Assembly: GCA_018674305.1 (NCBI GenBank)
Contig: JABHAL010000001.1
Span: forward strand, 68,635 to 132,634
Origin: Candidatus Falkowbacteria bacterium
Lineage (GTDB): Bacteria > Patescibacteriota > Patescibacteriia > UBA11705 > JABHMO01
DNA length: 64,000 nucleotides
Reading direction: 5' to 3'
Each line of letters starts with the position of its first letter. Position 1 is the stretch's first letter. A program made the position numbers and the translations under genes. Shown one piece after another: positions 46,755 through 57,400 of this stretch. The notes beneath the pieces are model-generated. The model searched no databases. It was given only the letters and a program-made list of their open reading frames with translations, and had not been told where the DNA came from.

Positions 46755-48794
46755 TTAATTAGTAAATCCCGATAAAGTAAACACATTGGTGGTAGTCGCG
46801 ATTATTTCAGCTTTATTATCACCATCCATGTCTGTGACAACTACTTTCACACCGTCATTTTGTCCCTGATCAAAGGCAAAAAAGCTTGGTCCATCTAGAT
46901 TGCCGTCCTTATCAAACACTTTAACATGTGGCGCACCACCCTTACCAGACCCAGTTACAATTTCGTCCACACCATCGCCATCTACATCACCAGCTGCTAC
47001 ATTAACCCCACCACGAAAACTCGGATCGTATGCAAAAAAACCTGGATTAATACAATGTCCATCTGGAGCAAAAACTCGCACGTGCGGACCACCTCCAAAT
47101 CCTGCACCAGCTACGATTTCGTAATGACCGTCACCTTCCAAATCTGCAATGGTCACATTAACGCCACCACGGAATTCTGGACCATAAGCAAAAAAACCAG
47201 GGTTGATAAGTTTCCCTTCACTATTGAAAATTCGGATATGCGGACCACCACCTTTTTCTGTTCCAGTAACAATTTCCAAAGTACCATTATTATCTAAATC
47301 GCCAACTGAAATATTTATTCCACGATCATAATTTTCTGTGTAAGGATAAAAGCTGGCTTTTAAAGTACCGTCAGATTTATATATTTCAACTTTTTTACTT
47401 CCCGCCACTAAAATTTCATTTTTTCCATCTCCATCCAAATCGTGTTTTATAATTTGACTACTTCCTTTGTAATTTTCATTGTAAGCAAAAAATCCAGTAC
47501 GTGCCACGTGCCCAAACTCGTTGAACACTCTGGCAAATGAACCATTTACATAGGTAGCTTCTAATATTTCTTCAATCGGACGTAACAATACTAAACCGTC
47601 ATTGCCAGCCAAATCAACACCCTCCACAAAAGAACCATCATTAGTCCAAGTGTCCTGCACACCGTTTAATTTTTCATACTCACCACCTAGCTCAATATAT
47701 TTTTCCTGATTACCAGAATTAACCAAAACTAAACCGTTTTTAAAATCTCTACGCCAGACACCAGCGTCAAATTTCTTACTACCCGAAGCTACGTTAAATG
47801 CTTCGCCAGCTGGCTCGCCCAAATAAGCTTCATATTCATCGTACCACCAAATCTCTCGATGAGACTGGTCACCATTATCAAAACTATAATAACCATTATC
47901 CATCAAAGCGCTAGCTAAACCAAAGCGCATTTTTTTATAATCCTTATCATCACCAGTATTGTTAACATTAGAATTCAAAATACTTAAGGTGGGTTGATAA
48001 CCTTCCTGATTCATAAACTTGTATTTTGTTAATGTTTCAGACCAACCCCTATATGGAAAATGTTCGTAAAGCGCACCATTCATTTGCTTATAATAACTCT
48101 CACCACCATTACCAATGATTAAGGCTTCTGGCCCCAAAATTTTTCTTGTGTTATTCAAAAGGATTTCCATTCCCTTTTGCCATTTACTATTAACTTCAAT
48201 CATCGAATCCGCCTCGCCATCCTGATCCAGATCTATCTTTTTATCAGACATAAATGAAATGTTATCCCACACATTATCATAAAAAACTCCATCCCAATAA
48301 CCAGTGTCGATTAACTCTTTTTTTACAAATGAAGGCAAGGTATCATACCAACGTTGATTTTTAACCAGTGGGGACTGAGTTGTTAAATTGACCATAGGAT
48401 TACCAGGCCACCAAGCGACCTTTTCTCCTGAAGTATCTTTCAACCACCAATTTTTATTTATTTTATTATAAAGTTTTTTTCGTAAAGTCCCAGGCAAATT
48501 CCAAGAATCACCTCTAATTTCTTGTGCAGCAATGTAAGCTAATAGCTTGATGTTTGGATTAAATTTTTTTAATAATTTCAGACTTTCAGGAGAATAAGTT
48601 TGTACTTCCATATCAATAATCAGAATATCCCATCTGGCCAAATCCTTCGCTTCATCTGCAGTTATATCCCAACGAAAAAACAAATTAGCCAATTTAGGAT
48701 ATTGGTTGTGATTTAAAGATGCTCCTTCGATAACAAACAAAGGAGCTATAATCATTACGGCTAAAATTGTCGCGTAAATTATTTTATTTCTCAT
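46755..48794 (-). CDS. Secreted putative glycoside hydrolase with C-terminal FG-GAP/VCBS repeats
   Basis: WDGVFYDN, GVWRRDFKNGLVLVN; repeated GDLDxxG..EIV.G...GGGPHVR. Confidence 0.75.
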   Translation of the reverse strand: MRNKIIYATILAVMIIAPLFVIEGASLNHNQYPKLANLFFRWDITADEAKDLARWDILIIDMEVQTYSPESLKLLKKFNPNIKLLAYIAAQEIRGDSWNLPGTLRKKLYNKINKNWWLKDTSGEKVAWWPGNPMVNLTTQSPLVKNQRWYDTLPSFVKKELIDTGYWDGVFYDNVWDNISFMSDKKIDLDQDGEADSMIEVNSKWQKGMEILLNNTRKILGPEALIIGNGGESYYKQMNGALYEHFPYRGWSETLTKYKFMNQEGYQPTLSILNSNVNNTGDDKDYKKMRFGLASALMDNGYYSFDNGDQSHREIWWYDEYEAYLGEPAGEAFNVASGSKKFDAGVWRRDFKNGLVLVNSGNQEKYIELGGEYEKLNGVQDTWTNDGSFVEGVDLAGNDGLVLLRPIEEILEATYVNGSFARVFNEFGHVARTGFFAYNENYKGSSQIIKHDLDGDGKNEILVAGSKKVEIYKSDGTLKASFYPYTENYDRGINISVGDLDNNGTLEIVTGTEKGGGPHIRIFNSEGKLINPGFFAYGPEFRGGVNVTIADLEGDGHYEIVAGAGFGGGPHVRVFAPDGHCINPGFFAYDPSFRGGVNVAAGDVDGDGVDEIVTGSGKGGAPHVKVFDKDGNLDGPSFFAFDQGQNDGVKVVVTDMDGDNKAEIIATTTNVFTLSGFTN

Positions 48795-48819
48795 TGTTAA
48801 TTCATTCAGCAGTCATACT

Positions 48820-50055
48820 TTAACCTAGTTTTACCACATTTTCTTTAGACAGAACTTGGTTATAAGCTTGCATTAACAGTTGATAATGTCGTTTTGTACA
48901 ATTTTTGTGTTCAACAGTTTCTCGAGCAAGTGAACCCATGTGTTCAATGGTGTCACTCTCATTATAATGTTGCTTTATTTTACTTCTCAAGTCCTTGATA
49001 CTAAATGGCTCATAAAACCAGCCAGTTTTATTTTCCTCAATCATTTCTTGCAGTCCACCCAGCCTGGATGCCAAAACCGGTTTACCCAGTGCCATAGCTT
49101 CAATAACTAACATCGGATAATTTTCATACCACTCCGAAGGAATGATGAAGAATTTAGAATTCTTAATCAAATCGAAAAGTTCTTTGTCATACTTAGGACC
49201 CAAATATTCAACATTTTTTATTTGTTTTTTTACAATATATTTTTCAACCTCCTTTCGCAATTGACCATCTCCGATTAATTTCAATTTAATATCTGGCAAC
49301 TTACGAATTGCTTTCAATAGCGTCATAACACCCTTTTCTTTACTCAGACGACTTACACAAACAACATAGTCCTGGTTCTGGTAATTAGGTTCAAAATTTT
49401 CAATATTAATGAAATTGTTGATCACATTAATCGGTTGTTTAATTCCCCATTCACGAACTTTATCTTTTAAAAACTGACTTGGTGAAATAAATAAATCTAC
49501 CTTCTCTTTATAAAATCTAAAAATCCATTGAAGAAAAAGTTCCAAACCAGCCAAAGAACTAGACCAAAATGAATTCTGGACACACTTGTTCAATGAGCAT
49601 TGATAATATTTATGTTTTTTACACTTTTCACAAACTTTACCCTTGGTAAACAAACGATAATTGGGACAAATGAGTTGATAATCATGCAAAGTTTGCACAA
49701 CTGGAATCTGGTGTTTTTTTAATGGTTTAAGAATAGATGGAGTTAACTGGTGTGAGATGTTATGTAAATGAGCAATATCAGGCTTTTCCAACTGAATTAG
49801 TTTTTCTAAATTTTTTGCGGCCAATGGATAATAAATGAATCTTAATGCTTTACCAAACCAGCTATTTTTAGATTGGAAATTAGTGTACGGAACAAAGTAC
49901 TTAGAATACGATGATGGCAAATTATTTTTTTCATCTTCCATTGAAAAACAAACTACTTGATGCCCATTTTGCTCAAGTAATTTTTTAGTATGTAAAAATA
50001 CTCTCTCACTACCACCCTTTTGCCAATAGAATTTATTTATCAACAATATCTTCAT
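48820..50055 (-). CDS. Glycosyltransferase family 4
   Basis: GGSER, PSEWYENYPMLVIEAMALG; start MKILLI. Confidence 0.9.
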   Translation of the reverse strand: MKILLINKFYWQKGGSERVFLHTKKLLEQNGHQVVCFSMEDEKNNLPSSYSKYFVPYTNFQSKNSWFGKALRFIYYPLAAKNLEKLIQLEKPDIAHLHNISHQLTPSILKPLKKHQIPVVQTLHDYQLICPNYRLFTKGKVCEKCKKHKYYQCSLNKCVQNSFWSSSLAGLELFLQWIFRFYKEKVDLFISPSQFLKDKVREWGIKQPINVINNFINIENFEPNYQNQDYVVCVSRLSKEKGVMTLLKAIRKLPDIKLKLIGDGQLRKEVEKYIVKKQIKNVEYLGPKYDKELFDLIKNSKFFIIPSEWYENYPMLVIEAMALGKPVLASRLGGLQEMIEENKTGWFYEPFSIKDLRSKIKQHYNESDTIEHMGSLARETVEHKNCTKRHYQLLMQAYNQVLSKENVVKLG

Positions 50056-51109
50056 AAAGTTTTTGGTATTGCTTAATTGTTTTATTAACATCAAACTGAT
50101 CAACTACAAACTGCTGAAGTGACTTGGCCATTTTACTAACTAAATCTCTATGTTCGTCAACCCAATTCAATCTTTGAACCAACTGTTCAATGTTTTTTGG
50201 TTTGAAAAGTAAACCATTTTGCTTGTGTTTGATAATCTCTGGCACGCCTCCAACTTCAGTAGCCACAACCACGCGCCCTGCTGCTGCCGCCTCCAATATT
50301 ACTAGACTTAACCCCTCACTTACTGAAGGTAATACAAACACATCAAACTTATTCAAATGCGGTCGAACGTCCTCAACTTCTCCAACAAATTGGACCCGGT
50401 CTTCAATTCCTAAAGATTTAGCTAAGGCCGTTAACTCGCGACGCAATGGCCCATCGCCCACTAGAATTAATTTCCAATTTTTATTCTTCAAAAACCTACA
50501 AGCTCTAATCAAATGTTTATGTCCTTTTTCTTTACTCAATCTACCAACTGATCCAATAGTTATGTCTTCAGTTTTAAATAAGCCTGGATTTTCAATATAA
50601 AATTTACTAACATCAATTCCATTATAAATTACTTCAATATTCTGGATATCAATACCTTCTTCCGCGACTAAATAGTCTCTAGTTGCCTTTGAGATAGCAA
50701 CTACCTTGTTAAACTTACGCCGAGCCTTAAGGCCTAAGCGATCTCGCCAAAAACCCTCGCTCAAAATATCATGCTTGGTACTAATTATATGCTTTACTTT
50801 CGCCTGAATAGCAGCTCGTCCACCCCAAAAATCAGCTGCAAAAAGATTAGTATGCACAATGTCAGGCTTACTTTTTTGCAAATAGTCAGCTACTTTTTTG
50901 ATTATCTTCCAGTCAAATTTTTTAACCTTGTTAAAATATTTAATTTGTACACCTGCATGCTCAAATTGTTCAGCTAGAGGATTGTCTGATTGCAAAACTA
51001 AAACCTCGACCTCAAATTTGGTCTTGTCAATTTTACGACAGATATCCAATAATAACCGCTCTGCCCCACCATACGCCAAACGACCGATTATGTAACTAAT
51101 TTTAATCAT
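50033..51109 (-). CDS. Glycosyltransferase family 4
   Basis: GGAER, PSVSEGLSLVILEAAAAG. Confidence 0.9.
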   Translation of the reverse strand: MIKISYIIGRLAYGGAERLLLDICRKIDKTKFEVEVLVLQSDNPLAEQFEHAGVQIKYFNKVKKFDWKIIKKVADYLQKSKPDIVHTNLFAADFWGGRAAIQAKVKHIISTKHDILSEGFWRDRLGLKARRKFNKVVAISKATRDYLVAEEGIDIQNIEVIYNGIDVSKFYIENPGLFKTEDITIGSVGRLSKEKGHKHLIRACRFLKNKNWKLILVGDGPLRRELTALAKSLGIEDRVQFVGEVEDVRPHLNKFDVFVLPSVSEGLSLVILEAAAAGRVVVATEVGGVPEIIKHKQNGLLFKPKNIEQLVQRLNWVDEHRDLVSKMAKSLQQFVVDQFDVNKTIKQYQKLYEDIVDK

Positions 51110-51204
51110 ACTTTTTTAGGTAAAAGTCTAAAGGTAAAAAGTAAAAGTAATCGCTAAAAACTTATTACTATGTACTAATATTGTAAACTTTTACATTTGA
51201 ACTT

Positions 51205-51909
51205 TTACTTTCTAGACACTGCAAAAATCAACTCGTCAACAATTTTAGGTGGATCAGTAAACTCCAGGAAATAAATTAACTTCCACCAAGCATGAACTAA
51301 TTTCTGCCCTAAAAATCTAATCATCCGAGTTGGACTATTTTTAGGAAATAAATAAGGATTTATTATTATACCTCTAAATTTACAAAATTTCAATACCTGA
51401 CTTAAACTATATTCAGTAAAGCCTGCCTCATGAGTAAAATCATTATATCGAATGCGCAGACCAGCCAAAGAAGCCATATTGCCAGTTTTAATGATGATAC
51501 TACCACCAGGGTTTAATTTCTGGTAAATCCTGTTCATTGTAGGAATAATTTCAGACTTAGGGATATGTTCGATAACATCATTAAGCACAATTAAATCAAA
51601 AAGCGGACAAGCAATTAAATAATCAACAAGGTCCTCAATTAGTCTTACTTTCTCAATACCTTTATCCTGACAATACTTTACGCTTTCTGGTGAAATATCA
51701 ACCCCTAAATAATTATCATAACCTTGACCAGCTAAAAACTGTAAAAACTGTCCCATACCACAACCAATGTCCAAAATCTTAGCCTGCTTATTTTTAGGCA
51801 AATACTTATTGTAATTGTATTTATACAACTTAATGATATGCTGATCCGCCTTGGCGTTAAGCTGTTCAAACCCTACTGATAAAAAATTTTTATATAAACT
51901 TTGGGACAT
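51205..51909 (-). CDS. Class I SAM-dependent methyltransferase
   Basis: ILDIGCGMG, DVIEHI, LNPGG; start MSQSLY. Confidence 0.88.
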   Translation of the reverse strand: MSQSLYKNFLSVGFEQLNAKADQHIIKLYKYNYNKYLPKNKQAKILDIGCGMGQFLQFLAGQGYDNYLGVDISPESVKYCQDKGIEKVRLIEDLVDYLIACPLFDLIVLNDVIEHIPKSEIIPTMNRIYQKLNPGGSIIIKTGNMASLAGLRIRYNDFTHEAGFTEYSLSQVLKFCKFRGIIINPYLFPKNSPTRMIRFLGQKLVHAWWKLIYFLEFTDPPKIVDELIFAVSRK

Positions 51910-51910
51910 A

Positions 51911-53308
51911 TTATTCGCTATATAATTTAACTCCTGCCAAACCAACACCAATTGGCAACCACATGTTGGCAACAAAATATGAGGTTGAGAACAGTTCGAA
52001 AAGAACTAATCCGACAAAAACCATCATTAAACAAGTTATAATTCTTTTATTAGTTAAAAATTTGGCTTTTGCGTAACCTTTCAAATATTTACTACCCAAG
52101 TAAATTAACAAACCAACAAATGAAAGAAAACCGAGAATGCCCGTTTCTGTCAAAAGTTTTTGTACGAAACCATGAGACTCCAAGGGATCACCAAATTCCA
52201 CTGTGTAAATAAAAGTTCGACCTACCAAAGACTGAAAAGTATTCAGGCCATTACCAATAATTGGATGATCCAAAAAATGAGAAAATGAAAGACTGGTTAA
52301 CAACAATCTATTAGAATTCGAACTTTTAATCCAATCAACCTGGTGCCAAGCGGTAAAGTAAGTCAGTACGGGCACTAAAACTAACAAAAATATTATAGCG
52401 ACAATTACATAGCGATTAAACTTGTATTTATACCTCATTATATACAAAATCAGTAGTTCAACTAACAAAACTAACCAACCAGATCTAGAAAAAGTTAACA
52501 ACAATACTAATGTCATAAATAAAATCGCCAACACATACCAACCCCGTTGCTTAATTTTGGTAGACAATAAATACAAAATCAATGTTAACGGAATGATCAC
52601 AATTAAAATTTCAGCAATGGCATTATGATTTCCTCCGATGGGGTTGAAACCAGCAAAACTAAAAGGTACAGCTCTATAAACAAACCATGATGGCCCTTGC
52701 GATAAAATTACTGATAAAAAACCAGAAATTGCCACAAACAACCCACTTATCAAGAAAAGATGCAAGGCCGTTTTGAATATTTGTTTGGAATTAATTAAAT
52801 TAGAAGGTATCAACACAAACATCAGATAGAAAAATACAATTGGTCGTAGTAAATATTTAAATGCTGGTACCAATTCTTGGTTATTCAATACCGACAAAGC
52901 ACAGACTGCAAAAAAGACCAAAGCCATCAACAATCCTGGAAGCTCATACCTTGTCTTTTTATTATCTTGCTTATCTGAATAAAAAAATCTAATTGCATGA
53001 CGAATTATTAATGCAAGTAAAGTTAATGAGGCCAAGATATCTACATAAGGAACATTAATACTTCCCCTCACCAATTGCCAATTTAGAAAAGGATAAAACA
53101 AAATCATACCATACAAACCCAGGCGAGGATATTCCACCAGAACCACCATTATAATTACCAATAAATCAACCAGCAAAATATACGTTGGTTGAATAAAACT
53201 AATTGCCATTAGACTAAACCCCACCACAAAAACAACTACCCATAAATACAACTTCAGCGTATGATCAACTTCTTTTTTAGTAAAAAAATTTTTTATAAAT
53301 TGGGACAT
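51911..53308 (-). CDS. O-antigen ligase/polymerase-like membrane protein
   Basis: Multi-TM; LTFSRSGW, HPIIGNG, SH...LLTETGILG. Confidence 0.85.
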   Translation of the reverse strand: MSQFIKNFFTKKEVDHTLKLYLWVVVFVVGFSLMAISFIQPTYILLVDLLVIIMVVLVEYPRLGLYGMILFYPFLNWQLVRGSINVPYVDILASLTLLALIIRHAIRFFYSDKQDNKKTRYELPGLLMALVFFAVCALSVLNNQELVPAFKYLLRPIVFFYLMFVLIPSNLINSKQIFKTALHLFLISGLFVAISGFLSVILSQGPSWFVYRAVPFSFAGFNPIGGNHNAIAEILIVIIPLTLILYLLSTKIKQRGWYVLAILFMTLVLLLTFSRSGWLVLLVELLILYIMRYKYKFNRYVIVAIIFLLVLVPVLTYFTAWHQVDWIKSSNSNRLLLTSLSFSHFLDHPIIGNGLNTFQSLVGRTFIYTVEFGDPLESHGFVQKLLTETGILGFLSFVGLLIYLGSKYLKGYAKAKFLTNKRIITCLMMVFVGLVLFELFSTSYFVANMWLPIGVGLAGVKLYSE

Positions 53309-53312
53309 AATT

Positions 53313-54323
53313 TTATTTTCTCCACCAATCAAGTGGTAATTTGTTTTTAAATATCCAATTAGCGACTTTTATCGGATTCCGCTTAATAGCCGCTCGCGCC
53401 GTACAAACCATCCAATAATTACTCTCAAACCCTTGTATATCCACCCTGGCTTTTTTCGCCTGACGGCTAAACCACAGTTTTTCGAATTCCTGACAATCTT
53501 CCAGATTCCCCATTATAATATTATCAATCACTGACGGATAAACATCTCCATTAGGATCTAAATAGAAAAAATCTTCACCTGCAAATGATTCTAGTGGTCG
53601 TCTTTCACCTTTTACTATTTTAAGTAGCCCATCAACAAAATAAGCTCGGGCCCAATCTTTGGGTCGGAACGATTTCAATAACTTCTTGATAACTTTACTA
53701 AACTCTTTTTCTAGAAAACCAACATCAACATCTATAACATTTTCTTTACCAAAGTATATATCTGAGGAATGAGCAACCGCCATCGTGAACTGAACTCTCA
53801 AACGCTTGCTCCAATCATAAGCTTGATACAACTGTTGAAAATTCATATCCGTTAAAGTAAAGGCAAATTTAATATTCTTTATCTCCAACTCATCTCGACA
53901 AAAACGAATAGTCTCCAGAACTTTATTCCAAGCATTTGGGACTCTTCTGATTTTTTCATGCATTTGTCCAATCCCATCGACTGAAATTGAAATAGAAATA
54001 TCAGGATCAATCTTTTTAATTTCCGGTAATACTTTCTTAATAGTGTCTACTAAAAAACCATTGGTGGAAATATTTATTTTCGCCTTTGGACAAGCCCATC
54101 CGATTTTGCGTACGATTTCAGGTAAATCTTTTCTTAAAAATGGTTCACCTCCACTAATATTAACATCTCTCAAGCTGTTTGGTAATTTAAGATAAACATC
54201 AGGAGAAACCTCGGGAAAATCTTTTATTTGCCAAATGTTACACATAACACAGCGTGAATTACAACGATATGTTACAGCAACGACGGCATCGACGGGCATT
54301 TTAATTTTTTTTGTTTTTTTCAT
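53313..54323 (-). CDS. Radical SAM protein
   Basis: CNSRCVMC; SGGEPFLR; STNG; ISVDG; degenerate SPASM-like tail. Confidence 0.9.
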   Translation of the reverse strand: MKKTKKIKMPVDAVVAVTYRCNSRCVMCNIWQIKDFPEVSPDVYLKLPNSLRDVNISGGEPFLRKDLPEIVRKIGWACPKAKINISTNGFLVDTIKKVLPEIKKIDPDISISISVDGIGQMHEKIRRVPNAWNKVLETIRFCRDELEIKNIKFAFTLTDMNFQQLYQAYDWSKRLRVQFTMAVAHSSDIYFGKENVIDVDVGFLEKEFSKVIKKLLKSFRPKDWARAYFVDGLLKIVKGERRPLESFAGEDFFYLDPNGDVYPSVIDNIIMGNLEDCQEFEKLWFSRQAKKARVDIQGFESNYWMVCTARAAIKRNPIKVANWIFKNKLPLDWWRK

Positions 54324-54398
54324 ACTAAAATTACGAAGTTTTATATAGGAACTCCACTATAATTATAGCACAAATCATCTAAAATTAACAAAATAAAA

Positions 54399-54427
54399 AA
54401 CCCCACTATTCATTGAATAGTGGGGTT
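54399..54427. terminator. Intrinsic terminator
   Basis: aaccccactattca-t-tgaatagtggggtt. Confidence 0.8.
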
Positions 54428-54439
54428 GTGTTTGTTAAC

Positions 54440-57400
54440 TTACTGAGGACAAATGTTGTCCAGGAGAATCACCTCTCCTTCAGGATCAGGATCTTCAGGA
54501 TCAACCTGGCCTTCCACAGCTTCGAATGTTACAGGTGTACCGTCCTGATCAACGCACCAAAGTACGCCATCAGTTTCCCAGCCACCCCATTCATTGCCAT
54601 TCTGACAGTTCCAGTCGATCCACCCATCCTCTTCATAACCCTGAACAGGATATTCTCCGCGCAGACAAATCTGCTGGATTGTTCCAGACCAGACACCACA
54701 ATAACCTTCCGCCGACCAAGTGTCCACGGGGATACCTCCCGACCAAACCACAGGATGGCCAAGTCCGTAACCACAACAGATATTACAGTAGATTGTCGGA
54801 CAATCTTCGTCGATGTCACCATCGCAATCGTCATCTACCCCGTTGCAAACTTCGTCTGCCCCAGGATAAACGTCTGCGTCGCCGTCATCGCAATCATCAT
54901 CACATAGCATAAAGCCATCTGCATCTGCATCTGCTTCGTTAGCCGGAACCTCAGTGTCGCAGTCATCATCAAGCCCATTGCACAATTCCTCAATCGGCTC
55001 AACATTGCCTACGCAAGCACCCCAGGTACCGTCATTCTCACAGGTCTGCAGACCTTGCTGGCATACGCCGTCTTCAGTTGTTCCACAGATTGCCAGATCA
55101 TCAGGATCGCAATCGCAATCCTCATCAGCACTACCATCACAATCATTGTCCAAATTATCACCACAGACTTCTGCCACAGACTGATCTGCGCTGCCATCAG
55201 GATTAGTGGAACAAATGGTTAAAGCTTCATCAGCACACTCCCAGGAACCAAGGCCACAAGTGCCCGTTCCTACACAAGGAGCGCCAATAAAGAAACCTTC
55301 ATCCACACTACCATCGCAGTCATCGTCCAGTCCGTTGCAAACTTCGTCTGCACTAGTATTAATAGAAGCTGCATCGTCGTTGCAGTCTCCTGCGCAAACA
55401 CGCTCACCATCACCATCATCGTCTGCCTCGTCAAGCGGGACAGCTCCGTTGCAATTGTCATCCAGACCATTGCACTCTTCAGGCTTAGGTTCAACGTTGC
55501 CCACACAATCACCCCAGAGACCCTGCGCAGAACAAGTCTGCTCACCATAATCACATTCACCTTCATCGGTGGTACCGCACTGCTCAGTGTCATCGGGCGT
55601 GCATTCACAGCCCTCATTAACTGAACTGTCACAGTCATTATCCACCAGGTCATTGCAATCTTCAGGTGAAGACTGATCTTCGCTACCTCCGGGCATAGTA
55701 GAACATTGATAACCAAAGTCGTTGGCACATTCATAAACGCCAGCTCCGCAAGCTCCATACCCGAGGCATGGCACACCCACGTAATAACCTTCGTCTACTG
55801 CACCATCACAGTTATCATCCTGGCCATTGCACAGCTCGTCTGCTCCAGAATTAACTGCCGGATCACCATCCGAACAGTCCCCTTCACAAACCATTTCACC
55901 GTCAGCATCGGAATCTACTTCGTCCTGATCCACTGCGCCATCGCAGTCATCATCAAGTCCGTTGCAGGCTTCTTCAGTTGCAGGTTCCACGTTACCAACG
56001 CAATCGCTCCAACTACCATCATTTTCACAAAAACTTTCCCCGTACTGACACACACCAACATCGGTTGTGCCACAGGACATAGTCGCTCCGGGTTCGCAAT
56101 CACACTCATCGTCAAGTGTGTCTACCATTCCGTCGCAGTCATTGTCCAAGTTGTCTCCACAAACTTCAGGTACTGAAGCATCTTCACTGCCACCAACGGC
56201 AACAGAGCAAATTACTCCCGTTCCATCTTGATTGCACTCGAGAACACCTGAGCCACATTCACCAGCCGCAAGGCATTCGAATCCAACAGGGAAACTCTCA
56301 TCAATCAGGCCGTCACAGTCATTGTCCTCGCCATCACACACTTCGGCAGGAGCATCACCGCACTGGCCACAATCATTCAGAAGCCCTTCGTCGACCTCGC
56401 CATCGCAGTCATTGTCTTCACCATCACACACTTCGGCAGGAACATCACCACACTGGCCACAAGCATTCAGAAGATCTTCATCAACTTCGCCATCGCAGTT
56501 ATTATCGACTCCGTCACAAACCTCGTCACTCGGCGCAACTGCCCCCTGGCAGTCATTCCAAGTTCCATCAGCCTGACAAGTCTGTACACCAAACTGGCAT
56601 ACGCCTTCATCCGAAGTACCACACTGCTTGGTCATATCAGGATCACAAGCACAGACATCATCGAGCGTATCAACCTGCCCGTTACAATCGTTATCAAGAT
56701 TGTCCCCACACACCTCAGGCGCTGAAGCATCTTCACTTCCACCAGGTGCTGAAGAACAAATAACGCTTGCTTCGTCAGCAGTACACTCATATGTACCTGC
56801 TCCACATTCTCCAAGAGCCAGACAGCCAACTCCAAGCGGGAAGTTTTCATCAATCAACCCGTCGCAGTCATTGTCCAACCCGTCACAAAGTTCATCCATT
56901 GAATCGCCAGGCACAACGTTACAAACTGCCAGTCCCTCTGAACAAACAAAGGTCCCTTCAGTTTCACACTCACCCTGACCGACTGAACAAACTTCACCTA
57001 GATTAAGATAATCTTCATCGACCTCGCCGTCGCAGTCATTGTCCTCGCCATCACACACTTCGGCAGGAACATCACCACACTGGCCACAGGCATTCAAAAG
57101 ACCTTCATCAACTTCACCGTCGCAGTTATTGTCAGAGCCGTCACAAACTTCGTCACCAGGTTCAACTGCACCAACGCAATCTCCCCAAGTGCCCTCAGCC
57201 TGACAAGTCTGAACTCCGAATTGACAAACGCCTTCATCCGAAGAACCGCACTGCTTCGTCATACCTGGGTCACAAGTACATACATCATCGAGCGTATCAA
57301 CTTGTCCGTTACAGTCGTTATCCAGATTGTCCCCGCACACCTCAGGCGCTGAAGCATCTTCGCTTCCGCCAGGTGCCGAAGAACAAATAACGTCTACACC

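Noticed and set aside
51880-53310. Similar 5' ends of the methyltransferase and ligase genes (MSQSLYKNF / MSQFIKNF)
   Set aside because: Short, AT-rich and gapped; plausibly chance
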